DNA from: a virus
Virus record (IMG/VR): IMGVR_UViG_3300027706_000007
Span: 1 to 64,000 of that record
Length of the DNA stretch: 64,000 nucleotides
Direction: 5' to 3' (one strand)
The notes beneath the pieces are model-generated. The model saw only the letters and a program-made list of their open reading frames with translations. It was not told where the DNA came from and searched no databases. The translations under genes were made by a program, and so were the position numbers. Numbering within the stretch: position 1 is the first letter of the stretch; each line of letters opens with the position of its first letter. This document shows positions 39,701-48,427 of this stretch, one piece after another.

Positions 39701-40186
39701 GTTTCTCGCGATAGCCCATTTGTAACAACTTTATCCGTTAGTGCTATCCACCAGACAACTCAGGTACCGTATGCTACTCCCGTTGGACAGTATTTCTTAA
39801 TGATAATTGCACAAGATGCTCAACAGCTTAATTCTGCACAAACCGGACAGCAGGGTGGATATGGTGAATCGATGTTAGCTGTTTCTGTAGTAGATATAGC
39901 TTCAATTGTGATTTCACCTACTTCTGTAGCAAGCGGAACTGCGACAATATCAGTAAGTGGTGCAGGTTTTACACCAAGCAGTTCTATTTCTATCACATTA
40001 TCTGAACCCAATGGTACAATCATTTCTCCAAATAACCCACCAACAGTCACAACCGATACGCTAGGTTCATTTCCTGCAACATCATATAGCTTTTCTATAC
40101 CAGTTTTCAGCCAATCTACTACTTTAATAGTTAATGCGAAAGATTCGGCTAATAAAATAGCTAATGCAACTCTTATCGTGACTTAA
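33800..40186 (+). CDS. Giant multidomain tail adhesin/receptor-binding protein (2128 aa)
   Basis: Repeated beta-sandwich domains, Asp-boxes YATSPDGQTW and SVSTDGGTTW, and a C-terminal Ig-like domain (ISPTS...VSGAGFTPSS). Confidence 0.7.
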   Translation: MSQIVSSQTAGIYQQNGQDEQVLTGSSPGLSINNIAFNKPVQAGSLLVVAVTATLPFGGFQNYASSITDALGLSWFTTEERTNNTVASIYYAWASVGGNESMTVGYSTNNSGYTAYVSWEVYEIRGALNYNTIGQTGNGTSPPAGVAQVINYNIGGLLISATGLYELGGLPTPTLGFTTDRVVSSYSLIQHNIPSLNGSTQCLVNFPSSSTQYWASAAVFFPAGILPVSSPNNVDYTNQVELFSDFTIPSNVLKTNIINGQPDDMYLFAGCYTYPTLVNATTASDQASASTTLSILLQQTTEPCVIIACAVTNGSGVFLSSTSLVWQQRFADSTTGLYEWYAIADSPLSNEIITLTTSNVSDSYLQAIALYGVTSEFTLSTPVETTLTSASSTLNYSSSGNGMTVIFVFDSDTNAGIYAPVNYGYVTVAGSYVNPYSQLRSYIAATGPGNNIQVPFSFSGQQLYGVPALIDGIFIASPFLQISDTSNQTWNVRLAKLAPLPDASETNYTQAGDGLMFFEIYTILTSNIVHSTVTLSLPHFNLHGSGYSEVYVWRLRGVNISNPFDTDASLTQIQDLGAVQPTITFSTINSNTFVFPIFFNEHHNDLFESVSSSSSNPFYTIIGDFSMGGYTLFSSSQNNVTFTANVSSIDSSYRTFIDAVVGNGNLSVISEGFTQINNGNPIPYYITMPLTTQHSNEGVVLVALAQADTTPTQFYVPPPHLIVDTLNTNWNIRFEKTSPFFLKELWTYSTSIITNDIISFYIEPNASYIALAAMTCINTPPTVFDSSFSNPNLTTTINSQLAYSGVPVSCIKPPATVFLLSPIGVDGGFDPNATYFPNTPPFSSGGAYYIVNSAFENVPIGGVTSFSDIYFIFSDVISNNYPQVSATGFQVGTDTTMLVVPQQHSNSFNLYVSGIEGFDQPVSIAYEIVPIAGTTAPWQGSITFSPYPPLPAPYYTTVTVNAGNTPPTITSAQVNPNPLTQGANTLVPASYQINFYGYYLNGNVIETSATPTVVSVVVQQALQYSIGISLESETGVTLSPQSYSITDASYYEPANMLYLWSAKIPLPYQKNIWYTNDGLWWLFFLDGVNATLSYATSPDGQTWTVNNSAPLGYNGNSAMINSTSASRGGNASLFSISYDPINNLFYYAWVDNATPTLINVGSFNPDAFGNANNITLLTAQSSPSSEMIQLATNASNIYIDSDSAGDVYVGARCSGSNTQVFYSALPISPNVPPRTWSQITGIAKVTDGNYFIALKHLTDANGNGHEMAITGTGTGPINIVDISGTLTPVSTINNYEINQGGIAALTKDSANTIYFAMPEYIQQVSSSTTFPMSIGSSSNEYWAEVGAVFNGVATLYNVYTSSSSSNLTSAISVTQGRTYICAATQSVGSSNTSMTISDSLGNTWTLVGSIIDTSSGQYEGAAIWYMIAANTGIDTVTVTTIGTRNSMAIYEVSGVNYTSESQATGNGTSISVSNQSYSSGAFLVAATGLYSSGSTQNGTPNFTIDINNMSYSIIEHFASSTITNNCTYFTYSVNTNEISPETILNTSALASPTIALASIAYDGAQTLAITALSVSGTDEYISVSTDGGTTWSSFYPFDTDEAIVTPALDVNNGAGNGFNFAFVMSQLENSRGPWFGQNILSFASPTTTLDNLAPFIPIRGPTIYWASTGYQFVGTQASTSLNQPTTITANLLGAYPNGVSPSKLFGDTIEASQPITIAAHTGTATLPSGKTTTVTISASSLQSNSMVVVIFGADGTPGTVSINDATFNSRFSDTQLNLYSWYKSITASSYANTITITTTNAVATALEVFILTTNGIIQYPASSSGISLQNAPSSYTISVEEQILPSFSATLSGLTLSPLIVNNTIIPSWQLHMTETDFNIPVNVLVRTNIIDISQVPDSLPENAPVNSIQLQPGALAALLVKIYPIDDIIISMPPLPNDPIFIQLVPVLNAQLTTSLADKIIIKENTVSRDSPFVTTLSVSAIHQTTQVPYATPVGQYFLMIIAQDAQQLNSAQTGQQGGYGESMLAVSVVDIASIVISPTSVASGTATISVSGAGFTPSSSISITLSEPNGTIISPNNPPTVTTDTLGSFPATSYSFSIPVFSQSTTLIVNAKDSANKIANATLIVT

Positions 40187-42210
40187 TGAACCAAAAATTC
40201 TTTCGGCGTTTGTACCCATTGTTGCGTTTTCTGGAGAATTACAGACTGCGCCTGTCTTTGCGCTGACAAAAATCTAACTTGCGCTGATGTATCTTTATGA
40301 TAAGTTACTTCTACTACAACATTAAACTGTCCATGAGTATTTGATACTTGATTTGCAGATAACGCTTTTCCGTTAGATATAACGAACAAATATTTTCCGC
40401 TTAAATTATTAACTAAATCGCCCGAGCTATTTCTAGCACTAATCAAAGAAGGTAGCAAATCTATTTTATAATTCGTTTGTATCGGAGCGTCATAGAAAAC
40501 GATACCATCTGGTTGCACACAACGTAAATACACATTTTGGATGCTCGGAGTTGTTGTATAAATTGTTACCCATAAACCTTCAATTAGAGCTTGTTCTGGG
40601 AAATATTGCGATACGACACTACCAAATGTTTTAAGTGTCATTACTTGCGCGGTAATATCTACTGGTGCAACAGCAACCCCCGGAATTAGGAGATTTGAAT
40701 TAAGATAAAATATATTGTTATTTTTTAGCGAGAGCGGGAAAGTTAAACTAACGTTTTCAATTGGGCCTTCTGGCGGGTTGTATACTGAATCGTGTATTTG
40801 TTGTGCATATCTCGCTGCTATAGAATTGCCACTAGGATTAGTTTGTGGATAAAGAAATTGGGTACCTTCTCCATGAACCGTACTAGCCACAATTGGAAGT
40901 ATAAACGTGTAAGTTACATCTTCGCCGTTTTGTGTATCCCAAGTTACGGAAATTCGTCTAACGCGCGCAACAAAATTTGGTTGTGAAAGTACATTTCCGT
41001 TCATATCTTTTACTACACCTACAAAACTTGGGATATTTAATATGACTAAATCGCCCGGATTTATTCTTGGTAATTGAGGATAGGTCGGAGAACCATAAGT
41101 ATCTGGGGGCGCAAAGGTTGATTCTGCTTTAATAACTATATTAGGAATAGGACGTTGAAAGAGCGGAGTAACGTCTTTGATATATGTATTAATTTCTTCG
41201 GGGTCGATAACGTTTCCTAATGTTTTGTTCTGCTGTTTTAATCCGAGTTGCGCGATTGAAGACGGATTTTCAACGGGGACGGCTACAATTTGCGCACCTC
41301 GAAAGTTCGCGCCCGAGTAAACGAAGCTGTTTGCCATATCATCATAATCATATTCCAAAGTAGCTGAAACGATATTTTCCGCTTCAGAAAATATAATTGT
41401 ATCTACGGGCGCGGAACCCGGAGTGGGCGAGGACGCACGGGGGTCATATATTGTATTGGGGCCATTTCCCACCGGTTGCCCAGTTTTATTTTGGCCGATA
41501 CCAAACGCAGATTGAATTGGGTCGTAATATTCGATATTAAGCGTAGGATAAAATGGTATAGTATCTAACAACGCTTCTGCAATATAAGGTGCGGTAGAAC
41601 TAGAAGAATCGAATAGCGCGGATTGCCATAATCTTTCTATTGCAGACGCGACACTAAAATATTGTAAAATTAATTGGTCATTTACAGTTGCGTTATCAAA
41701 CAGCGAATATACAGTCCCGGGTACAATAGGGGGTAAATGCCCTGTTGAATAACTCTGTGTAAATCCATTCCACACCAAAAAGTCAAATAAATATCCGAAT
41801 GTTAAATTCAATAACGGATTCAAACGAACTAAGTAAGGGTTCGTGTTTGGCGCGAAAGGTGGCGGCGCTAAACCTTCTATCTTAACGAGACGATATTCCA
41901 AAAGTTTCCAATATGATTCTACATAAATTGTCGTTTGAACGCCAGTTTCACTATCCAACGCATATGTTACATTTCCCGAGAATCCGCGAAACATTTGTAT
42001 TTGGCTACCATCCCTGTTAACTCGATAAATTGTAATATCGCGTGCGGGTTCAATATCTTGCGCGCCTGCTAAGGTGATAGTTGCTGTATTTTCGCGCGGA
42101 TGTAAATTTGTCTGAAACTCAATTGAGACGATATTATTTGTAAATTTCGTTTGTCCATCATATTGCACGATATAAGTTATTGTTGAATAAGTTGGGTTGC
42201 TCATTTTCAC
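40183..42210 (-). CDS. Tail hub/baseplate (Tal-like) protein
   Basis: Follows the tape measure gene; MFRG, ENIVS...Y, SIAQLGLKQ and INPGDLV...RVRRISVTW. Probable start ATG 42204 with SD GGTGA. Confidence 0.7.
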   Translation of the reverse strand: MKMSNPTYSTITYIVQYDGQTKFTNNIVSIEFQTNLHPRENTATITLAGAQDIEPARDITIYRVNRDGSQIQMFRGFSGNVTYALDSETGVQTTIYVESYWKLLEYRLVKIEGLAPPPFAPNTNPYLVRLNPLLNLTFGYLFDFLVWNGFTQSYSTGHLPPIVPGTVYSLFDNATVNDQLILQYFSVASAIERLWQSALFDSSSSTAPYIAEALLDTIPFYPTLNIEYYDPIQSAFGIGQNKTGQPVGNGPNTIYDPRASSPTPGSAPVDTIIFSEAENIVSATLEYDYDDMANSFVYSGANFRGAQIVAVPVENPSSIAQLGLKQQNKTLGNVIDPEEINTYIKDVTPLFQRPIPNIVIKAESTFAPPDTYGSPTYPQLPRINPGDLVILNIPSFVGVVKDMNGNVLSQPNFVARVRRISVTWDTQNGEDVTYTFILPIVASTVHGEGTQFLYPQTNPSGNSIAARYAQQIHDSVYNPPEGPIENVSLTFPLSLKNNNIFYLNSNLLIPGVAVAPVDITAQVMTLKTFGSVVSQYFPEQALIEGLWVTIYTTTPSIQNVYLRCVQPDGIVFYDAPIQTNYKIDLLPSLISARNSSGDLVNNLSGKYLFVISNGKALSANQVSNTHGQFNVVVEVTYHKDTSAQVRFLSAQRQAQSVILQKTQQWVQTPKEFLVH

Positions 42211-42214
42211 TCAC

Positions 42215-43090
42215 CTAATAGCTGCCACGCGTTCTAAATAATGTCGCGAATTGTTTCTCTATTTCAGATACAATCGATTTCGCGGTCGCGACAGGACTTG
42301 AACTGCCGCTAATATTAAACTGCATAGATATTGGCGCGTTTCCACCAGCACCACGCAAACCTTTTAGCGCGTCAACTAATTCTGCGGTCACAACTTCTTC
42401 ACCTTTATGGATGACTGCGAGACCGCTTTCTTGTACCGTTCCTCCACCCTGAGCACCGGCTATTGTCGCAAATCCGCTCGCCGTTTTAACGGCTGCCTGT
42501 GCCGGAGCCATTGCTGCTTGAATTATAGTTCCGAAGGTGTTTAACCATGCATATTGCAAACCGGTTGCAGCAACAGTTTGATTTTTCAGCGCCTGATTAT
42601 AAAGTGCTAGATTATAGTTGAGTGCAATTTGTGTAGATAAAGCCTCAGAAGAATATCGTCCAGTTGCCTGAACTGCAAATGCATTTAGAGCTAGTGCCTG
42701 TGTGTACATATTCTGTTGCTGAATCGCGTTTATTTGCGCATCGTAGAGTTGTACTTGCTGGTCTACATATCCCATATTCATATTTATAAGCTGGTTTTGT
42801 ATTGTGAGAATCGAGTTATATGTAGTTACTAATGTATTTCCTACGCTAGAAAGTGTTGATAGTATTCCACTAACTCCCGATAAAGAACTCTGTAAAGCAT
42901 TGGAATGACTTGCGGTCTGTCGTATGATTTGAGCAAGCTGATTTTGAGCCTGTGTCATAGCTTCTAATTGCATCGAAACCTGAACGGTTGCCAAACCGAT
43001 GGCATTGAGGATACTAATCATTGTTTGATACTCGGGCATATACTCCGAGAAATTCCCATCACTCTCATCGTTGGAAGAATCTGCGCTCAA
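42215..43090 (-). CDS. Short tail tape measure protein
   Basis: Ala/Gln-rich helical body with C-terminal AQGGG.V..SGLAVIHKGEEVV; lies downstream of the chaperone. Confidence 0.75.
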   Translation of the reverse strand: MSADSSNDESDGNFSEYMPEYQTMISILNAIGLATVQVSMQLEAMTQAQNQLAQIIRQTASHSNALQSSLSGVSGILSTLSSVGNTLVTTYNSILTIQNQLINMNMGYVDQQVQLYDAQINAIQQQNMYTQALALNAFAVQATGRYSSEALSTQIALNYNLALYNQALKNQTVAATGLQYAWLNTFGTIIQAAMAPAQAAVKTASGFATIAGAQGGGTVQESGLAVIHKGEEVVTAELVDALKGLRGAGGNAPISMQFNISGSSSPVATAKSIVSEIEKQFATLFRTRGSY

Positions 43091-43114
43091 TATTTAAAAT
43101 TAAGACGTGCTTAC

Positions 43115-43602
43115 TTAAAAGTTTTTCAGATTAGATTTCCTTTTTGCTTGTTTTAAGATTTTATCATTCTCGGCTTGATTTATAAATAAGAACGCGTCCC
43201 TATCTCGCGCTGAGAGTTTAGATAGCTCCCATGGTTTGATTCCGAGCATTAAGAGGTTGTATTTTCTGACGGCTTCGATTGCATCTTGTTTTGCTCGCGC
43301 GTTACGAGTGTTTGTAGTGCCGGAGGCAACAATGTCAGCGAGCGCGCTAAAAAATCGTAATAGGTGTTATTAAATTGTAACCATTCTATCCACAATCCCG
43401 TTACTACCTCTCGGGGCAGTTGTTTATACCACGCAACGTCGTGTGCAGGTTCCACACCCATAGCCAGTTCTAAATAGCGCGCATCTGAACTTTTAGATTT
43501 AGATTTTAGCTCGCTCAATTCATCATCTTGAGCCGCAGTTAATCTTTTAAGTGTAAACTTATATCCTAAAATTTCAACTTCTTTACGCTCAGGATAGGAC
43601 AT
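43115..43602 (-). CDS. Tail assembly chaperone -1 frameshift product (gpGT-like, ~162 aa)
   Basis: T TTT TTA at 43354-43348; the -1 frame is open to the stop at 43117-43115 and encodes LGIKPWELSKLS. Confidence 0.75.
43249..43602 (-). CDS. Tail assembly chaperone (gpG-like)
   Basis: KEVEILGYKFTLKRLT; position before the tape measure gene; slippery site. Confidence 0.75.
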   Translation of the reverse strand: MSYPERKEVEILGYKFTLKRLTAAQDDELSELKSKSKSSDARYLELAMGVEPAHDVAWYKQLPREVVTGLWIEWLQFNNTYYDFLARSLTLLPPALQTLVTREQNKMQSKPSENTTS

Positions 43603-43635
43603 TAAGATATACGCGGAAAACGCGCCTTATAAATT

Positions 43636-43854
43636 TTATGTAGAATGTTTCTGTTGGTGTAGGATATCATCTAACGTGGGTTGATTGAAAACTCCATTAG
43701 TATATAGTTGGAGTAAGTATAAATTGTTCGAGGTTTCGCGAGCCTCTGACGGAGTAATTTTTAAAGAATTTCTGTAGGAAGAAATTAACGCGAGTAGAGC
43801 AACTAAACTAAGGAAACCAAACATTATCAACATATATTCTTCTATGAATCCCAT
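43636..43854 (-). CDS. Small membrane protein
   Basis: N-terminal TM helix. Confidence 0.5.
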   Translation of the reverse strand: MGFIEEYMLIMFGFLSLVALLALISSYRNSLKITPSEARETSNNLYLLQLYTNGVFNQPTLDDILHQQKHST

Positions 43855-43937
43855 GGTAATGAGAATGGACTCGCATGCTATATAAAGTTTTCTCGGAAAT
43901 AGAAATATTTAAAAGGTCGGCGCGCTGAATTTTTTAT

Positions 43938-44824
43938 ATGAGAATTGTCGCGCTCGCGTGGAAAGATGATTCTTTTAAAGCGCAAAACTGGATTCCCCAA
44001 TCTGGTACCAGCGCATCCACCACAGGAGACGAGATTACGCTAAATGGAACCATTACGCGCACATTAACTGAATCCTTACTACCATACAGTTTTAATTTTA
44101 TGTCTGTTCGCAGCTATTCCACGAGTAGCGCGAATATAACAATAAATCTTAATTATAATTCCACTACTGAAGCTTCTGTATCTTTTACCCCAGCAACAGT
44201 TTATTCGCGCCAAGGATTTCTCTTAACTCCCATTCCTTCAAACATAAACAGCATACAAATAATTAGTTCCGCATCTGCAACAGTTGATTATATAGCTTTA
44301 GCTGATTTGTCAGCTTTTCCTAATGGCTATGCGTCCGAAATAGACTTCGGAGGTGATTTACTCACTATCAGCGCAAATTTCCGCACAACATCTCAATCAG
44401 TTCCAAACTCTACAGATGTTATCCAGCAACTCGGAATAGCTAGCAAAGAATATAAGTTACAGTTACCTAAAGTTCCGAAAGAAGTATATAATTGGCTTGA
44501 ATATTTAGAACAAAATCATATTCCTGTTGAATTTGTTTCTAATAGTTTATCTGCTACCGGTTACCTAGTCAATGTTTCCGCACTAACTAATTGGGGCTGG
44601 GTCTCACAGCCCGTGGGTCAATATATTTACGGGGAAGCACAAACGTGATAAAGATGGTTGAAAAATTTACGCAAATTGGAGGAAGCAACCTCGCATCTGG
44701 CTCAATGGGTCTAAGCTTATCTGTATACATTATAAGTCTACAGCCACCACTACCAGAACAACAACTCTATGATGTTACAGCGACTTTGATTAAAGCTGAT
44801 GCAGATGTAGATGAATCATATTAA
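43938..44824 (+). CDS. Tail protein (carbohydrate-binding-like + Dit-like), split over two frames (43938-44648, 44591-44824)
   Basis: The C-terminal half parallels ORF 33253, but its last strand (LYDVTATLIKAD) lies in the -1 frame. Confidence 0.5.
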
Positions 44825-45681
44825 GTGTGTACTGTCGCGTTTTCTCCCGCGAAACTCATATCGAACTTCACAATATCGCCGGGGCTGAATTTCATGTTGT
44901 TCGATGCAACATATTTGGTAACTGTACATTCGAGATAATAATTCGTACTACCGTTCGTTCCGATTAAGAGTTCTAAATCAAACGGAGACATATTCATCAT
45001 CTGACCAAATTCTGATACATCTTGCAGCGTGAAAGTGATTGTACCTTCAATTGTCGCGTTGAGTGCGGGATTGGCTCGGATATATGGTTGGTCGAATTGA
45101 TATACGCGCTGCAAATTGTTGCTAATTGTTACATCAAAACTTAAAGGACGCACAGAAACTACTCCACCCAATATTACTTCTTGTTCAACGAAATAGAAAG
45201 GAGTAACCCCGGGGTCAGTCGCAAACGTTACTCCAGTTGGCGCAGTATTTGTAACGTTTTGTCCCCAATATTGTACGTCAACATAAAAAGGCTGATTAGT
45301 GCGACCCTGCATCTGAACCCGATTTGCGCGTGCACCATTCACGAGAAAGTATTGATTTATATCGGTATCATAAATTAAAACGCTATGAGAAGTGGTTGGT
45401 ACATTGTTAATTTGGTCTGTTAAAAGAACAATATCCTGTGGATTATATCCCACTTCAAGATTGACTTCTCGCGGCCCCTGCAAAATGTTATTAGGATATC
45501 TTCCGGTTCCGTCAAGTGGCCATGTGTAGAATTTTTTCTGGTCTACCGATAATGTAATTCCGCCCTGTGTTGGCTGAAAACTGCCGACCCAGTTATATGT
45601 AGTATTTGTTGGACTTACGCCATACGAACTCTCGGCCGCGAATCCTACTTGGGAACGCCAGCCGACCGCGATAAGAGACAT
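44821..45681 (-). CDS. Major tail tube protein
   Basis: GWRSQVGFAAESSYG, GPREV, SFDVTISNNL and IEGTITF. Confidence 0.8.
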   Translation of the reverse strand: MSLIAVGWRSQVGFAAESSYGVSPTNTTYNWVGSFQPTQGGITLSVDQKKFYTWPLDGTGRYPNNILQGPREVNLEVGYNPQDIVLLTDQINNVPTTSHSVLIYDTDINQYFLVNGARANRVQMQGRTNQPFYVDVQYWGQNVTNTAPTGVTFATDPGVTPFYFVEQEVILGGVVSVRPLSFDVTISNNLQRVYQFDQPYIRANPALNATIEGTITFTLQDVSEFGQMMNMSPFDLELLIGTNGSTNYYLECTVTKYVASNNMKFSPGDIVKFDMSFAGENATVHT

Positions 45682-45768
45682 ATAAATATAAATTTCTATC
45701 GCTAATATTTAAATTTTTGTATCCGCGAATGTTTCATAAAAGTAAAAAGGATATAAAGTTCTTTACTT

Positions 45769-46479
45769 TTATGGAACATCAAATACATTTACAAGTTCAT
45801 CATTATGCCATATTTCGACTTTCGGAAATGTGCCAGATGTATAAATCGCATAATGCTGTTCTTTTTGACTGCTATCTACACGAATCGATAACGTTCTGCC
45901 AAATCTCGCAATCGTGTATGGGCCGCTGATGTGGCCACTAAACGCGAGTTTTGGTTGCAATTTATTTAGCGCACTTTCCATAATCCGCAATCCTGTCATA
46001 GGCTCGTGAACAAAACTCAAATATTCCTTAGTTAGCGGACTTTCGTGAGTACAAACAACATCAACGTTTGTTAATTTTTGCAGAAAAGATTCGTAAACCC
46101 ATGGAAACTGACGCGGGGTTTGGTCTTTTATTAAACTTTTCTCGCTTACAATACCATTTACAAATCCCCACGTTAATCCCGCAATTTCCCGACGCTCTGC
46201 ATCGTGACACCATATACTTGTGTTATCACGATTCCGTGCACGTGTGAGCGTAAATAGATTATCGTGGTTTCCATAAATAATATTTAGGCGCGCTAAAGTT
46301 GCTAAATCTTCCCATTCTTCAACCGTCCATGCATGACCCAAATCCCCAACCGCGACAACTTCATTAATATTCTGTTTCTTGATAATTCCACGCAACCAAT
46401 CTAATGCGTAACCCTGATATATTTTATGGTGTTCTCCATGCTCGTAATGTATGTCACTCACGATTAGTACTTTGGTCAT
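45769..46479 (-). CDS. Metallophosphoesterase (second)
   Basis: MTKVLIVSDIH, GDLG, GNHD, THE and SGHI; start reassigned to ATG 46479. Confidence 0.85.
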   Translation of the reverse strand: MTKVLIVSDIHYEHGEHHKIYQGYALDWLRGIIKKQNINEVVAVGDLGHAWTVEEWEDLATLARLNIIYGNHDNLFTLTRARNRDNTSIWCHDAERREIAGLTWGFVNGIVSEKSLIKDQTPRQFPWVYESFLQKLTNVDVVCTHESPLTKEYLSFVHEPMTGLRIMESALNKLQPKLAFSGHISGPYTIARFGRTLSIRVDSSQKEQHYAIYTSGTFPKVEIWHNDELVNVFDVP

Positions 46480-46573
46480 TCCGCGAAAATTTAAATATCT
46501 AACTATTAACGTTTTCGTATGTTTTAAAATATACCAGAAACTTTTATATAAAGACTCGCTATTACAGAAGGCC

Positions 46574-46804
46574 ATGGACACATGGCTCTCGAACTTTAAA
46601 AATTTCAAAAGACATGCATGGCTCGAAAACTCGCGCGTTTCTTGGTTTCTGGTACGCACTTATTCAGATTATAACTCATATGAACGAGAAAGCCGACAAC
46701 TATTTGACGTTAATCTATATTACGTGTCCAGAATAGAGAAAAAAATTGGCGGTCGTTTCGCGCGCATAAGACAAATTAACAAGAATAGTGTGCAACTTTA
46801 CTGA
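46574..46804 (+). CDS. Hypothetical protein
   Basis: ATG about 24 nt after TATA ttttatata. Confidence 0.4.
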   Translation: MDTWLSNFKNFKRHAWLENSRVSWFLVRTYSDYNSYERESRQLFDVNLYYVSRIEKKIGGRFARIRQINKNSVQLY

Positions 46805-46862
46805 ACATCCGCTATTGATTCTATCCATAAATTTATATATTTTGAAAGCCTAACCAAATACC

Positions 46863-47081
46863 ATGGACGGAGATATGTATAGAATGCAACTTTTACTGAG
46901 AAATCAGCTTTTAGATTTTAATAATGAAGTATCAGAGTTTCTAAACAAACATTATAATCAATATCATAATTATAATATGGATTTAATAAGCAGATTTGAA
47001 GTTCCATTATGGATATCTTTAGATTTTAAAATGCTAGTAGAGAATCATGTAATACATATATACCATGAATGGTACTACTGA
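46863..47081 (+). CDS. Hypothetical protein
   Basis: TATA tttatata upstream. Confidence 0.45.
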   Translation: MDGDMYRMQLLLRNQLLDFNNEVSEFLNKHYNQYHNYNMDLISRFEVPLWISLDFKMLVENHVIHIYHEWYY

Positions 47082-48076
47082 ACATCTATATCGGGTCTAG
47101 CAACATCGTTCGCAGTGACGAGTTGTCTGCGCGACGCGAGTTCGCGTTTCAGTGTAGCTCTCTCTTCTTCTGATGACCGTCGGAATCCATTCGAGTCAAT
47201 CTGTAAAAGATATACTTTACTCCATTCTTGTATTGTCGGATAGCGAAGAACCCAAATATTACGCGCGCCCGTAGGAAATGGTATCGTAACTTCACGTTCT
47301 TCTTTTTTAATTGTTTTAGTTTGTTTTAAGATATTAAGAAAGTCGTTACTACGTTCGATTGCAAATAGTACTTTTACATGATGACCAACCGCGCTGCCCC
47401 CCTTAACGACGGCAGAGGTTATCGTCTGGAACGGTACCGTAGGATTCATAGATAGGTGATGTGTAGTAAATATGTATATTTGCTCTTTCGTTAGTTCGAC
47501 AACTTTCATAAGATAAATGAAGAATGCCTCTTCAAGTGCCTGTCTCAGTGGAAAATTTTGCTGGCCACCCATTAGAAGAATATCAAACGCGGCCGTGATT
47601 GAATCGATTACTATAAGGCCAATGTTATTTTCTCTTATGAAATCTAATAGTGGAGATGTCTCAGGCGCGACAGAAATCGGAACGAATTCTGCTTTAGTTG
47701 CTTTAACTTTAGTTTCTTGTTCTTCATTTTCTTCAACTTTCTTTGGTGTATGTTTTGTCATCATAAGATTTCCTGATATACCTACAAGTCTCAGCAAATC
47801 GAGTGGCATGGGTACATATTTATAGTGCAGTGTGAGTTTTGTGTTATATTTTACCTCAAGCGACGGTGCCCACAAATCTTGGAAATAATGAGACGATTCT
47901 TCCGAACTGATATATAGAGTATCTTTTCCGGTCTCGCGTTTAATTTGATAAGCTAATTCTAGCGCGTATAAGGATTTCCCAGATTGCTTCCTACCCATCA
48001 TACCCGTAATTATGCCAGCAGGCATCGTTTCGTCGAGATATGGAAATTGCATCGGCACTATGTAAAATAATCCCAT
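47075..48076 (-). CDS. RadA/RadB-like RecA-superfamily ATPase (no N-terminal HhH)
   Basis: GRKQSGKS, LYISSE, IVIDSIT and KGGSAVGH. Confidence 0.8.
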   Translation of the reverse strand: MGLFYIVPMQFPYLDETMPAGIITGMMGRKQSGKSLYALELAYQIKRETGKDTLYISSEESSHYFQDLWAPSLEVKYNTKLTLHYKYVPMPLDLLRLVGISGNLMMTKHTPKKVEENEEQETKVKATKAEFVPISVAPETSPLLDFIRENNIGLIVIDSITAAFDILLMGGQQNFPLRQALEEAFFIYLMKVVELTKEQIYIFTTHHLSMNPTVPFQTITSAVVKGGSAVGHHVKVLFAIERSNDFLNILKQTKTIKKEEREVTIPFPTGARNIWVLRYPTIQEWSKVYLLQIDSNGFRRSSEEERATLKRELASRRQLVTANDVARPDIDVQ

Positions 48077-48088
48077 TAATAAATATAA

Positions 48089-48427
48089 TCAAAGATTTTG
48101 CTGTGAGCGATTGCGCATACGATTTATATCTTCTCGTATTGCAGCTATATCGGCACTCATTTGCGTGGAATTGTGATTTAGAACGACTATCGATTTATTA
48201 ATTGACTCTATATCAATTTTTATATCTGCTATTTCTTTTCCGGTAACTTGCTGAAGAACTTCTAATTTAGCTAATGCGACTGCGGTATCTATTTGCTTGC
48301 GTGTATTTTCTCTAATAATATGATGAAAATACCACAGGATTGTCGCGATTAAACCCACTACAGGTGTGATAGTAATTGCAAAATATGATAAAATAGTACT
48401 CATCTCACTCACCGACATGATAAGCAT
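48089..48427 (-). CDS. TM + coiled-coil protein (holin-like candidate)
   Basis: One TM helix followed by heptad repeats. Confidence 0.45.
   Translation of the reverse strand: MLIMSVSEMSTILSYFAITITPVVGLIATILWYFHHIIRENTRKQIDTAVALAKLEVLQQVTGKEIADIKIDIESINKSIVVLNHNSTQMSADIAAIREDINRMRNRSQQNL

Noticed and set aside
44612-44745. Group I intron
   Set aside because: Too short, and no recognisable P7/core elements; kept only as an unexplained split gene.
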